In this document: positions 1-8,632 of the stretch, one piece after another
How positions within the stretch are numbered: position 1 is the stretch's first letter
Layout of the letters: every line of letters starts with the position of its first letter
From: Shigella phage Shfl2
DNA: 64,000 bases
Strand: one strand, 5' to 3'
Sequence record: HM035025
Program-made: the position numbers and the translations under genes
Notes under the pieces: model-generated
Told to the model about the DNA's origin: nothing
Databases searched by the model: none
Seen by the model: the letters and a program-made list of their open reading frames with translations, nothing else

Positions 1-1281
1 AATGTACTTTTTAATAATAGCACCTTTAATACCAGAATCTTTGAGCATATCAGTCAAAATTCCTCGGTGGTATTTTTCCATTACTAAATTAGTTTTTGTC
101 TTAACAATTTTATCAAGTTCTTCTTGAAGCAGTGCTATTTCATCAGCATGGTCAATAAACTCAGAAGATGCTTTTTCTATAGCCGCTTTAACCTTTTTAG
201 CTTTATCTACCGTCGTGATTAGAGATTGCTTTTTATTGCGAATATCATTTGCCAACGACTGCTGGGTTTTAATATTATCTCGGTATTCATCAACAAGAAC
301 TTTTAAATTATCACGATGTGTTGAAAGCTGTTCAAACGAATGCGTGCATTCAGAAACTTTATCTTTAATTTTAGAAACAACTTTATCACCGGAACTTAAT
401 TGTGACAAGCAGGTTGGACATAATCCACCTTCGTGATACATATTAATGACTTTATTATACGAGTCAATTTTTGATTTAATTAAAACTGCTTCTTGACCGA
501 TTTTATTAAATGCATCAGTCGGGTCTTCGTCTAAAACAATATTAACTAATCTTTCATTAGCTTCTTCTATTTCCGATTTTAGCGTTCTAGCTTCTTTTGC
601 CAAATCATCATACATATTTTGAAGACGAGTAAGGTTGTCACCCGTTAATTTTTTCTGGCGTTCAACGTTATCATTATATATTTTAATTTGTTGGATAATA
701 CTATCTTTTTTAACATCAAGCACTTGGTTTTGTGAATTTAATTCACGTATTAGTGCTTTATTAAGCTTATCCATTTCAGCTAATGTTCCTACCTCAAGCA
801 GGTCTTCCACAAGCTTTCTTCGTGCAGGGGTCGACAAACCCATGAAAGGGGTATACCCTGCTGTACCAAGGACAACAATCTGCTTGAAACTGGCATATGA
901 CATTCCGATAAGCTGTTCAAATTCTGCTTGGAAATCTTTACTGCTGGCAGATTCATTAAGACGTGTACCGTTAACGGTGATTTCGAAAACGTTTGGTTTT
1001 TGTCCTCTTTTGATATAGTACTTTTTCTCATCATATTCCATCCACAGTTCAACTAAAAGTTCTTTCTTATTTGTGCTGTTTATTAATTGACCTTTCTTTA
1101 CATCACGAAATGGCTTGCCAAAAAGCCCAAATGTGATGGCTTCTAACATAGTAGACTTACCACCGCCATTTCGTCCAGTAATAAGAGTTTTTTGAACCTT
1201 ATCTAGTTGAATGTCAATAGGATTTCCACCTACTGACATTATATTTTGATACCTAACTCGGTTTAGTTTAAAATTCTTCAC
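1..1281 (-). CDS. 46: Recombination endonuclease subunit gp46 (Rad50/SbcC-like ATPase), 3' end beyond window start
   Basis: Minus-strand ORF starting GTG at 1281 (MKNFKLNRV..., SD AAGGA upstream, GTGA overlap with upstream stop); Walker A GRNGGGKST near N-terminus; position upstream-adjacent to gene 47 as in T4. Confidence 0.85.
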   Translation of the reverse strand, partial: MKNFKLNRVRYQNIMSVGGNPIDIQLDKVQKTLITGRNGGGKSTMLEAITFGLFGKPFRDVKKGQLINSTNKKELLVELWMEYDEKKYYIKRGQKPNVFEITVNGTRLNESASSKDFQAEFEQLIGMSYASFKQIVVLGTAGYTPFMGLSTPARRKLVEDLLEVGTLAEMDKLNKALIRELNSQNQVLDVKKDSIIQQIKIYNDNVERQKKLTGDNLTRLQNMYDDLAKEARTLKSEIEEANERLVNIVLDEDPTDAFNKIGQEAVLIKSKIDSYNKVINMYHEGGLCPTCLSQLSSGDKVVSKIKDKVSECTHSFEQLSTHRDNLKVLVDEYRDNIKTQQSLANDIRNKKQSLITTVDKAKKVKAAIEKASSEFIDHADEIALLQEELDKIVKTKTNLVMEKYHRGILTDMLKDSGIKGAIIKKYI

Positions 1282-1541
1282 AAAAGATTCCTTTTAATGT
1301 ATCTTTTAGACCATTCTATCATATCATCATAATCTAAAAAGTATTCATCAAATTCAGCCATGCAAACAACACCTTGTGCTGCTTTTGATGTGATATAAAT
1401 TATTCCAACATATCTAGAATCTTCTTCGGTGTAATCAATATTTGCTATGAATTCATCATTAATGTCAAATGTCGAAAACTTCACAGTATGCATCCTTAAT
1501 ACAAGATACAGCCATATCTTGTAATGATTTAGGTGTGTCAT
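1278..1541 (-). CDS. Hypothetical small protein (87 aa as given; true start may be internal Met at 1493)
   Basis: ORF track; stop overlaps gp46 start; overlaps the next ORF by 77 nt in another frame. Confidence 0.4.
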   Translation of the reverse strand: MTHLNHYKIWLYLVLRMHTVKFSTFDINDEFIANIDYTEEDSRYVGIIYITSKAAQGVVCMAEFDEYFLDYDDMIEWSKRYIKRNLL

Positions 1542-1728
1542 TATCTAAAATGTTGAAGTTAAAAGATACAGCCCAATCTGTACAGACCGTAACCTTTTTA
1601 ATACAATTATCTTCAACCTCTAACGGTTCAAACCAATATTCAATAATTTCTTTATGACCAATATCATCTTTTACTTCGCATTCAAAATGCTTACTCATCA
1701 TAACATTTTTAAATTCATCAAAAGTCAT
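1465..1728 (-). CDS. Hypothetical small protein (87 aa)
   Basis: ORF track; start overlaps stop of gene 47 (translational coupling). Confidence 0.5.
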   Translation of the reverse strand: MTFDEFKNVMMSKHFECEVKDDIGHKEIIEYWFEPLEVEDNCIKKVTVCTDWAVSFNFNILDNDTPKSLQDMAVSCIKDAYCEVFDI

Positions 1729-2744
1729 TGTGCTGCCTCTACATATAGCTGGTTTGCATATTGAATAAGTGCTTCACGGTCAGAATCAGTGATGTCTGGA
1801 ATTGCATTAATGTATTCTTCCATCAACGTCTGAAGAGATTGAACTTCAACTTCTTCACTGTCATCTGACTCGACAGAGTTATCAATCTTTGACACAACTC
1901 GTAATGAATGCACAACTTTTTCTAGTTCAGATTCGAACTTCGTTAGATTTTTGTCTACTTCAGTTACTATAACACGTACTGATAGATTTGTAAAATCTTT
2001 ATAGTCAATTTTTCCTTTAAATGGATAATGAATTCTACGATGCCAGGTAGTATTGTTTGGAATAAATTCCATTCGTTCTGTTTCTGTATCAAACATCCAG
2101 AACCCGCGAGGGTCATTCTCGTCACCTGCAGTTAGTGTCCATGGTGTCCCAATATATCTGACGTTAGCAGCCTCAGAGATAGTATGGAAGTGACCAGACC
2201 ACACTTCTTTATAAGTCTTAAGGAAATCAGGTTCAAGACCATGAGATTTCATTCCTTTATAAAAATAAAATCCATTCAGTTCCCAGTGACCAACACAAAA
2301 AGAAGCAGATGAAGTTTTGATGTGCTCAAGAATTTCACCAGTATTTTCTTCACACATCCAAGGAATTAAATCAATTAAACATCCGTCAAAATCTACTGTT
2401 GTAGGCTTATCATACACTTTAACATTGGGATATTTAGCCAAAAGCTCAGTAGAGGCATTTGGAGTTAAAGTATTTTTAAAGTGCATATCATGGTTTCCTA
2501 CAACAGTATGTAGGGTAATACCAGCATCATCAAGCATTTGAACTATTTCACGGGCGAACTCCATAGTTTTATGCGTGATTGCTTTTCGCACATCAAAAAT
2601 ATCGCCGTATTGAATCCATGTAGTAATTCCATTTTTCTTAGAATATTCTATTGCTTGTTTAATTCCATCCAACTGAATAGATTGAACCCACTCATCATCA
2701 GCTTTAACGCCTAAATGCCAATCACCTAAATTTAAAATTTTCAT
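1725..2744 (-). CDS. 47: Recombination endonuclease subunit gp47 (Mre11/SbcD-like phosphoesterase)
   Basis: 339 aa; calcineurin-like phosphoesterase motifs (GDWH, GNHD, GHWE); matches T4 gp47 length and N-terminus as recalled. Confidence 0.93.
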   Translation of the reverse strand: MKILNLGDWHLGVKADDEWVQSIQLDGIKQAIEYSKKNGITTWIQYGDIFDVRKAITHKTMEFAREIVQMLDDAGITLHTVVGNHDMHFKNTLTPNASTELLAKYPNVKVYDKPTTVDFDGCLIDLIPWMCEENTGEILEHIKTSSASFCVGHWELNGFYFYKGMKSHGLEPDFLKTYKEVWSGHFHTISEAANVRYIGTPWTLTAGDENDPRGFWMFDTETERMEFIPNNTTWHRRIHYPFKGKIDYKDFTNLSVRVIVTEVDKNLTKFESELEKVVHSLRVVSKIDNSVESDDSEEVEVQSLQTLMEEYINAIPDITDSDREALIQYANQLYVEAAQ

Positions 2745-2905
2745 ATATCAAGAACCGTCATTGAAATGCAAAATAAAATTATTGAAATAAACCCATCTGG
2801 CGTGCTAAAGAACCCAATCCAACATGCTCTAGTGAATAGATAAAATGCAAGAAAAAGTATCACATATCCAAGAAATATCATTATATCAAACTCCGTATAA
2901 AGCTA

Positions 2906-2922
2906 AAGGGCCGAAGCCCTTT
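2906..2922 (-). terminator. Stem-loop (GGGC-UUCG-GCCC) immediately 3' of a-gt, followed by a U-rich tract
   Basis: Inverted repeat aagggccgaagcccttt right after the a-gt stop on the minus strand. Confidence 0.45.
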
Positions 2923-4123
2923 ATTTTGTAATAATGTCAAACTGTTCTTTAAAGCAGAAGCTTGAATCTTGATGCTGATACAAAAATTCATAAGCTTTTT
3001 CGCGTTCACGGTCATAAAGAGCTCGGTCAGATGACAGTTCTTTAATACGTTCAAATGTTGATTCCATGTCATTTTCATCAAACCAAACGATACCGCTATC
3101 ATGTGAAATTAACGGAGTATTATCAACACGGAATTTTAAATTTTCGCCAGTAGATTTCCAAAATACTGGAATTGTTCCACATGCACCGAGCTCGAGATGA
3201 GTATATTCTAAAGAACGTTGTAGATATTTTTTGTCCAACTTACTCAGCTGATAACCAAATCCGGATTTACTCATGCGTTCAAGCATTTCGCTATTTACAT
3301 AACGGTCAAGAATTTGCGTTGGCAAATTAGGAGCAATTTTAATTTGGTCTACTTGATGAAGACGATAATACTCGTATGGAATTCCTTTTTCTTTAATAGG
3401 AATGAACGCTGGAGAACGTTCCAGACCTTCCATAATAGTACTTAGTCCTGCGGGTTTAAGATGTTTTTCATGAAAATCAAACATCTGATAAAAACCTTTC
3501 CATGTAGTCGTACGACCAATCCAACGATTGATATTCATGTTAATTTCAGAAACATCTTTCCAGTAGGTTGACCGAACCTTCGCAATATCCATAGGAGGCT
3601 GAAAGTTATATACGGTCGGTGCTTCTTCAATGTCATCAAACAGAGAAACAGTTTCTGGATACCATTCTTTCATCAGAACTTTATTAAAATCACCATTATC
3701 AGAATGGCTAAAAATAACATCAGCTCGACGAACAGTTTCTTCTAATCCCAAATTTCGGCGCAAAGAAAGAGAAGAATGGTCATGTTGATAAACTACAACA
3801 CGAACAGAAGGTTTAATGTTATCAATAATTTTTTTATAGTTATTAATAGTGTCTTCTTCAACCGAAGTAGCAGGAACTGAATTGATAATTAGAATATCAC
3901 AATCATTTACCAGCTTAAGTGTTTTATCATATTCTTTTGCCAATAAAACCGGAATTGAAAATGATTTATAATCATGCGCACAATTACGAGTAAATGATTT
4001 ATCTTTAGCATAAACCAAAGTTACTTCATGACCATTTTTAATAAACCAATCACGTTGCTCGAGTGAGAATTTTGTTACACCACAACCTTCAAGACCTCGA
4101 GCCATAAAAATACATACTTTCAT
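2921..4123 (-). CDS. a-gt: DNA alpha-glucosyltransferase
   Basis: 400 aa ORF; near-identical to T4 alpha-glucosyltransferase sequence as recalled; position between 47 and 55. Confidence 0.9.
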   Translation of the reverse strand: MKVCIFMARGLEGCGVTKFSLEQRDWFIKNGHEVTLVYAKDKSFTRNCAHDYKSFSIPVLLAKEYDKTLKLVNDCDILIINSVPATSVEEDTINNYKKIIDNIKPSVRVVVYQHDHSSLSLRRNLGLEETVRRADVIFSHSDNGDFNKVLMKEWYPETVSLFDDIEEAPTVYNFQPPMDIAKVRSTYWKDVSEINMNINRWIGRTTTWKGFYQMFDFHEKHLKPAGLSTIMEGLERSPAFIPIKEKGIPYEYYRLHQVDQIKIAPNLPTQILDRYVNSEMLERMSKSGFGYQLSKLDKKYLQRSLEYTHLELGACGTIPVFWKSTGENLKFRVDNTPLISHDSGIVWFDENDMESTFERIKELSSDRALYDREREKAYEFLYQHQDSSFCFKEQFDIITK

Positions 4124-4189
4124 TTAATATCCTCTTTGTTTTGGTTTATTTTACCAAAAATTTATAAAGCAATATAGGAGCCGAAGCTC

Positions 4190-4363
4190 CTATCCGCATA
4201 ATACGCCATACAGAGGCTCATTAGAACTTTTAAATTTTATGCGCTTATATGTTATAGTTCCTTCTGCTTTAGCTTTATCATGAGACTCTTTAAAGCGTCT
4301 CATCATTTCCTCTTTAGAGGAACGAATTTTATTATAATCTATTTCAGAAGTCTGGGTGTTCAT
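4190..4363 (-). CDS. Small hypothetical protein (~57 aa, below ORF-track threshold)
   Basis: ATG at 4363 three nt after upstream stop; uninterrupted frame to TAG near 4190; coordinates approximate. Confidence 0.3.
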   Translation of the reverse strand: MNTQTSEIDYNKIRSSKEEMMRRFKESHDKAKAEGTITYKRIKFKSSNEPLYGVLCG

Positions 4364-4366
4364 CTT

Positions 4367-4573
4367 TCATAACTGCCACCATTTTTTGACTTGATAAGAA
4401 TCAACCCACACTTTCATATTAGGGTCTGCTCTTACAATAGGAGGATTAACTTCTTTAATTGAACTATCATGGTATTCTTTTTCAGAAATTTTCACACAAA
4501 GATGACCATTCAAAGATTCAGTAAATCCTGCATTAATTTTAAGACGCTTGAATTTTACGTGTGTAAGCATCAA
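4367..4573 (-). CDS. Hypothetical protein (68 aa)
   Basis: ORF track; part of a tightly packed operon. Confidence 0.45.
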   Translation of the reverse strand: MMLTHVKFKRLKINAGFTESLNGHLCVKISEKEYHDSSIKEVNPPIVRADPNMKVWVDSYQVKKWWQL

Positions 4574-4856
4574 TCATATCCTCAATTTGCGATCTAGTAG
4601 TCTTCCAAAGAATACTGATGAGTTCATCGTTATATGGCTGTTTTAGAATATCCCGACTTTTCTTGATAGCATATTCGTATTGAGCAAAATTATTATTTTC
4701 AGCTGCGATCTGAGCGTGCTTATAAAGACGATTCAGTTCGCGTTTGTTTTTAGACAATAACTTATTTGCTTTTCTTTCTGCTTCAAGACGGTTCTTTTCT
4801 TCAATAGAAGAAATAAGCTTTTCCACTTCATCATTAATTTCGGGTTTATCAGTCAT
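4539..4856 (-). CDS. Hypothetical protein (105 aa, charged/helical)
   Basis: ORF track. Confidence 0.55.
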   Translation of the reverse strand: MTDKPEINDEVEKLISSIEEKNRLEAERKANKLLSKNKRELNRLYKHAQIAAENNNFAQYEYAIKKSRDILKQPYNDELISILWKTTRSQIEDMIDAYTRKIQAS

Positions 4857-4857
4857 A

Positions 4858-5076
4858 TTATTTCTCTAATATAAAATAAAAATCATCATCTGTTAAATGA
4901 TACCGATAGTTTAATTCTACACCATTAGATTTAAAAGCGGTATCATACGGATTTTCTGGATCAATATCAATGTCAAGAGCTAAAACTTCCCTGAGATACA
5001 TTTTAAGTAAATAGGGAATAGCTTCAACTTCAGGTATTTCTTCCAAGAATCCGGAGAGGTTAATCGTTAGCCTCAT
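4858..5076 (-). CDS. Hypothetical protein (72 aa)
   Basis: ORF track. Confidence 0.5.
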
Positions 5077-5617
5077 ATAAAAAATCCAAACTAGGAGAAT
5101 CGTCTACAACACTTTTCTTTTCAGCCCCCGGTGTTCTATAGGTTGATTCTTCGTAATGCGTCATTTTATCATAGATGTCTTGAATAAAAGTTTCATCTAC
5201 TAACGCAACCATATCGTCGTCACGGCTGTCATAGACATTGTGAACGAAGTAACTATATTTCTTTGCAACTTCCTTACGTTCTTTTTTAATACGTTGGACG
5301 AATGCATTAAAACAAGCTTGAGTTATATATGCATGTGGGTTTTTATATTTCGTTTCATCAAAATTGTGAAGCCCCTTAATAGAAGCTTCTATACCATCTG
5401 CAATCATTTCTTGTTTCCAAGACTGGGTGTATCCTGAAAAGTTGAAACGTTTAGATAAGCCTTCTGCAATAAGCATAATGGCTAATCCGATAGTATCATT
5501 TTGACGAACTACTTTATTTGGGTCTTTATTATTTGCTAATTCTGTTTTCCAATCAATAATAGCTTGTAAAAGCTCTTTATTGTTTACGTAATTATATTTA
5601 GGCTTAGTTTCTGACAT
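5060..5617 (-). CDS. 55: Late-transcription sigma factor gp55
   Basis: ORF track gives 187 aa from a GTG; ATG two codons in ([10 protein letters not shown]...) with SD AGAGGTG gives 185 aa, matching T4 gp55 as recalled. Confidence 0.9.
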
Positions 5618-5695
5618 TTTCACCTCTTAGCTCAATTCATAGATCTATTATATCATAATATTTGAAGATCTATCTTAAAGCATAGAGGATATCAG

Positions 5696-5965
5696 TTATC
5701 TAAGTAAACAGTATGCTTGGAACACTTTCTCCATCATCTTTTTAAATTCATGAATATCTATATAATGACTAGTTAGATCAGCATGATATAAAAAGTCTAA
5801 AAACTTTTCATGTGTACTAACATATTCGCTTTCATTTAATTCAGAAACATGGCTTTCCCAATATCCAACACCAGTCTTATTTGGGAAAAATGAAATTTTC
5901 ATGTATTGGTCAACATAGAAAATGCCATAATTTTCAATAGTAATAGAAATATTAATAAATTTCAT
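5696..5965 (-). CDS. Hypothetical protein (89 aa)
   Basis: ORF track. Confidence 0.5.
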   Translation of the reverse strand: MKFINISITIENYGIFYVDQYMKISFFPNKTGVGYWESHVSELNESEYVSTHEKFLDFLYHADLTSHYIDIHEFKKMMEKVFQAYCLLR

Positions 5966-6177
5966 ACATTCATCAACTTAGCCGCTTCAAGAGCTGCATC
6001 TAGTGAATCAAATTGGTCAACATATTCAATCAATTCGCCGTAATTAGCGTATAACCACCATTGACTGAATTCATATTCAAGGATAAATCCATTTCCCTCA
6101 ATTTGAGTTAAACCAATGCCATTTGTATTTACTTCATATCCGGCAAGACGCAAATCATTAATAAGAGCTTCGTTCAT
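5962..6177 (-). CDS. Hypothetical protein (71 aa, acidic)
   Basis: ORF track; start/stop overlaps with neighbours. Confidence 0.5.
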   Translation of the reverse strand: MNEALINDLRLAGYEVNTNGIGLTQIEGNGFILEYEFSQWWLYANYGELIEYVDQFDSLDAALEAAKLMNV

Positions 6178-6179
6178 AA

Positions 6180-6506
6180 TTATGCCTTAGTAATTTTCAG
6201 GTCAGCAAATTTTTTCTTGCGTTGATTTTTCATGCGACGAATAGTTTTATCGGAAATTTCATGCTTTTGATAAGCTTTAGATTCTACACCAAAAGCTTTA
6301 ACATCAAATTCTGACAAGATATATTGAACCAACAATTCACGGACAGTATTGCGTCCAATCTTCTGATCATTCTGTTTCATCGTTTGATGAAGCTCTTTTT
6401 CCCATTTATCCAAAATTTGAGGAGTTACAATATCGCCTTTTTCTAACAAAGAAACTACTTTATCATATGCGTAAGAATTGATGGCGTTTTTAATTTGAAT
6501 AGTCAT
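6180..6506 (-). CDS. Hypothetical protein (108 aa)
   Basis: ORF track. Confidence 0.55.
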   Translation of the reverse strand: MTIQIKNAINSYAYDKVVSLLEKGDIVTPQILDKWEKELHQTMKQNDQKIGRNTVRELLVQYILSEFDVKAFGVESKAYQKHEISDKTIRRMKNQRKKKFADLKITKA

Positions 6507-6540
6507 ACATTATCCTCAATTGCGTTAAAATTTTATTATC

Positions 6541-6558
6541 CAAAAAGGGCCGAAGCCC
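6541..6558 (-). terminator. Rho-independent terminator (GGGC-UUCG-GCCC + U5)
   Basis: Plus strand aaaaagggccgaagccc directly 3' of the 6559..6759 ORF. Confidence 0.6.
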
Positions 6559-6759
6559 TTAGCTAAACTGTTTGGCACCCTTCCAGCCTTCGTACATCAT
6601 TGCGGCTGATATTAATATTGCTCCTGCGCATTTTGAATATTTGTGATTCCAAAACCAGTTCAGAAAAACTTCGTCATCAATACCCTGGGCTATCATATTT
6701 TCAAAGAACTGGCGACGAGCTTCAGCAATTCGTTGCGATAATTTAGATTCAGGATTCAT
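6559..6759 (-). CDS. Hypothetical protein (66 aa)
   Basis: ORF track. Confidence 0.5.
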   Translation of the reverse strand: MNPESKLSQRIAEARRQFFENMIAQGIDDEVFLNWFWNHKYSKCAGAILISAAMMYEGWKGAKQFS

Positions 6760-6891
6760 TTAAATTTTCCAGTTACCATTTTCATCAATAAATTTAATCC
6801 AGTCATTTACTGACCACTTGGTCGTATCGCCTTTTGGAGCAACATTTAAAGTATATAATCCCTGCTTAAAAAGCATTCGTTTGATATTCAT
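6760..6891 (-). CDS. Hypothetical small protein (43 aa from internal ATG; ORF track extends to 6975)
   Basis: Internal ATG at 6891 with SD GAGGAAA; the longer version would overlap the upstream gene by 77 nt. Confidence 0.35.
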   Translation of the reverse strand: MNIKRMLFKQGLYTLNVAPKGDTTKWSVNDWIKFIDENGNWKI

Positions 6892-6898
6892 ATTTTCC

Positions 6899-7192
6899 TC
6901 AGCTGTAACGATAACACTCGTTTGATTTACGTTTAGCAACTCGTTGAGAAGTATTATAATCAAAATCATCGTCAATGTAAACTGATTTTTTCAACTTTCT
7001 TACTTCACCGCGTAATTGACGATTTAGCTCATCTTTAACTTCTGAATCAATACCTTTCATTCTACGCCATTTATCTGAGCGAAAAATGTTTTCAACCATA
7101 TCTTTATGACTTACACCATCAGGAGCTTTACGCTTTCCGAAATAGTCATAATCACGCACTTTTAAGTCTTTACGACGATACGTTTTACCCAT
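6899..7192 (-). CDS. Hypothetical basic protein (~97 aa; ORF track extends to 7237)
   Basis: ATG at 7192 (MGKTYRRKDLK...) overlaps stop of the upstream small ORF; lysine/arginine rich. Confidence 0.5.
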   Translation of the reverse strand: MGKTYRRKDLKVRDYDYFGKRKAPDGVSHKDMVENIFRSDKWRRMKGIDSEVKDELNRQLRGEVRKLKKSVYIDDDFDYNTSQRVAKRKSNECYRYS

Positions 7193-7361
7193 GGAGTTTA
7201 ATTTCCTTAGCAACTGAACTAAATACAGCACGATCACAAATCATACGTTTGTTCCATTTAATCACAGTATAATGAACATCTAAATCATCGACTGCTGTAA
7301 CAATAACGATATGTCCGTTAACACGATAGTACTGGTCAATTTTAATCTCTTTATCAACCAT
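7185..7361 (-). CDS. Small hypothetical protein (58 aa, below ORF-track threshold)
   Basis: ATG at 7361 with SD AGGA; MVDKEIKIDQYYRVNGHIVIVTAVDD...; first gene after the early promoter at 7392-7421. Confidence 0.4.
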   Translation of the reverse strand: MVDKEIKIDQYYRVNGHIVIVTAVDDLDVHYTVIKWNKRMICDRAVFSSVAKEIKLHG

Positions 7362-7391
7362 ATCAATTCCTCAAAGGTAATTCATATGTTA

Positions 7392-7421
7392 ATAATACCA
7401 CGGTTTGAACTTGTTGTAAAC
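7392..7421 (-). promoter_or_regulatory. Sigma70-type early promoter (-35 GTTTAC, 18-nt spacer, -10 TATTAT) with conserved upstream TTCACAAAGTTG motif
   Basis: Reverse complement of plus-strand ataata ... gtaaac; member of a repeated promoter family in this window. Confidence 0.55.
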
Positions 7422-7493
7422 AACTTTGTGAAAAATATTTTAGGGAATGATAAGAAAGGAACGATAGCTTAGAATGGTAATATACAGAATGTG

Positions 7494-7516
7494 AGAAAGA
7501 AAGGCCCAGAGGGCCC
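7494..7516 (-). terminator. Rho-independent terminator after nrdH
   Basis: Hairpin GGCCC-UCU-GGGCC followed by UUUCUUUC on the minus strand. Confidence 0.55.
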
Positions 7517-7519
7517 GTC

Positions 7520-7828
7520 TTAATCTTCTATGATATCTCTATCATATCCAAGTGAAATGAGAGTTTCTTTGAAGTGTTTAATGTTCTTTTGTCTAGAATC
7601 ATTGATGAAAATGACTGGATAACGAATGTTAAGAGATGTGAATCCAGCGCGTTTAGCAAGAGATACAATCAGTGGACGATCATACTCAATCTTACCATTA
7701 TTTGTAAGAACTTTATAGAAAGTAAAAGGAGCATTGAGCTCCTTTAGAAGTTTTGTAACTGATTGACATCCAGGACAACGACCTACTTCATCTGGAATTC
7801 CATAGACTTCAATCTTGTTTTGTTTCAC
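7520..7828 (-). CDS. nrdH: Glutaredoxin-like protein NrdH
   Basis: 102 aa; CPGC redox motif; position adjacent to nrdG/nrdD. Confidence 0.75.
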   Translation of the reverse strand: MKQNKIEVYGIPDEVGRCPGCQSVTKLLKELNAPFTFYKVLTNNGKIEYDRPLIVSLAKRAGFTSLNIRYPVIFINDSRQKNIKHFKETLISLGYDRDIIED

Positions 7829-7830
7829 AA

Positions 7831-8043
7831 CTATTCCTTACTAAGAGCAGCATTCAGCTTATTAGTAATTTTATCCAGACGCTCATTGAACTCACTAGAA
7901 GATAGTCCTTTTTCTGGAGAAATCAAACTAATCACGAAAAATATAGCAATAAAAGGAATAAGGAAAATAGCTCCAACTGCCATAAACAGAAAGAATGTTA
8001 CAGTTGTAAGAAAATCAGCTAAACCTTTACGAAATTTATACAT
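7831..8043 (-). CDS. Small membrane protein (70 aa, one predicted TM helix)
   Basis: ORF track; hydrophobic stretch VTFFLFMAVGAIFLIPFIAIFFVISLI. Confidence 0.5.
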   Translation of the reverse strand: MYKFRKGLADFLTTVTFFLFMAVGAIFLIPFIAIFFVISLISPEKGLSSSEFNERLDKITNKLNAALSKE

Positions 8044-8161
8044 TTACCTTTACCTTTAATTGATTAACCAAGCATTGATAAGTACTAAACTATATTGTGA
8101 ATAAAATTCTGGACCAAAATGAAAAATCATATCATTTATAGTATCCATAATGTAATTCAAT

Positions 8162-8632
8162 TTAATCATGTTTCCACACCCCATCGGTATTTGACCAAAG
8201 TCGCTGATTATCTGATCCTCGCCACAGCTTTTTAGTCGGAAGATTTTTCTCATACTTCCCATCAATAATAACATCAACATATTTAAGCATTTCTAGTTGT
8301 TTAATATCTTCAAACTTATATCCTGTCCACAACCAAATGCTTTTATTGGGATAAAGATTTTTTACTGTTTGAACAATACAATGAATAACATCGCGGTTAT
8401 CAGGATAAAGAGGGTCACCTCCAGTTATAGTTAATCCTTCTATATAATCATTATTCAAACATTCAATTAATTGTTTTAGTGTTTCACCAGTGAATGGAAC
8501 GCCATTTCTAGCATTCCATGTTGATTTATTATAACACCCTTCGCATTTATGCAAACAACCTGTAACGAAAAGAACGACCCTGCAACCAGGGCCATTCACA
8601 AAATCGCAAGGATAAAATCTATCATAATTCAT
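8162..8632 (-). CDS. nrdG: Anaerobic ribonucleotide reductase activating protein (radical SAM)
   Basis: 156 aa; CxxxCxxC cluster (CLHKCEGC); overlaps nrdD stop. Confidence 0.85.
   Translation of the reverse strand: MNYDRFYPCDFVNGPGCRVVLFVTGCLHKCEGCYNKSTWNARNGVPFTGETLKQLIECLNNDYIEGLTITGGDPLYPDNRDVIHCIVQTVKNLYPNKSIWLWTGYKFEDIKQLEMLKYVDVIIDGKYEKNLPTKKLWRGSDNQRLWSNTDGVWKHD

Noticed and set aside
215-1018. Plus-strand ORFs (215-436, 635-1018) at the window start
   Set aside because: They lie antisense inside the gene 46 coding region, which has a clear Walker A and T4-like N-terminus on the minus strand; low-complexity translations.
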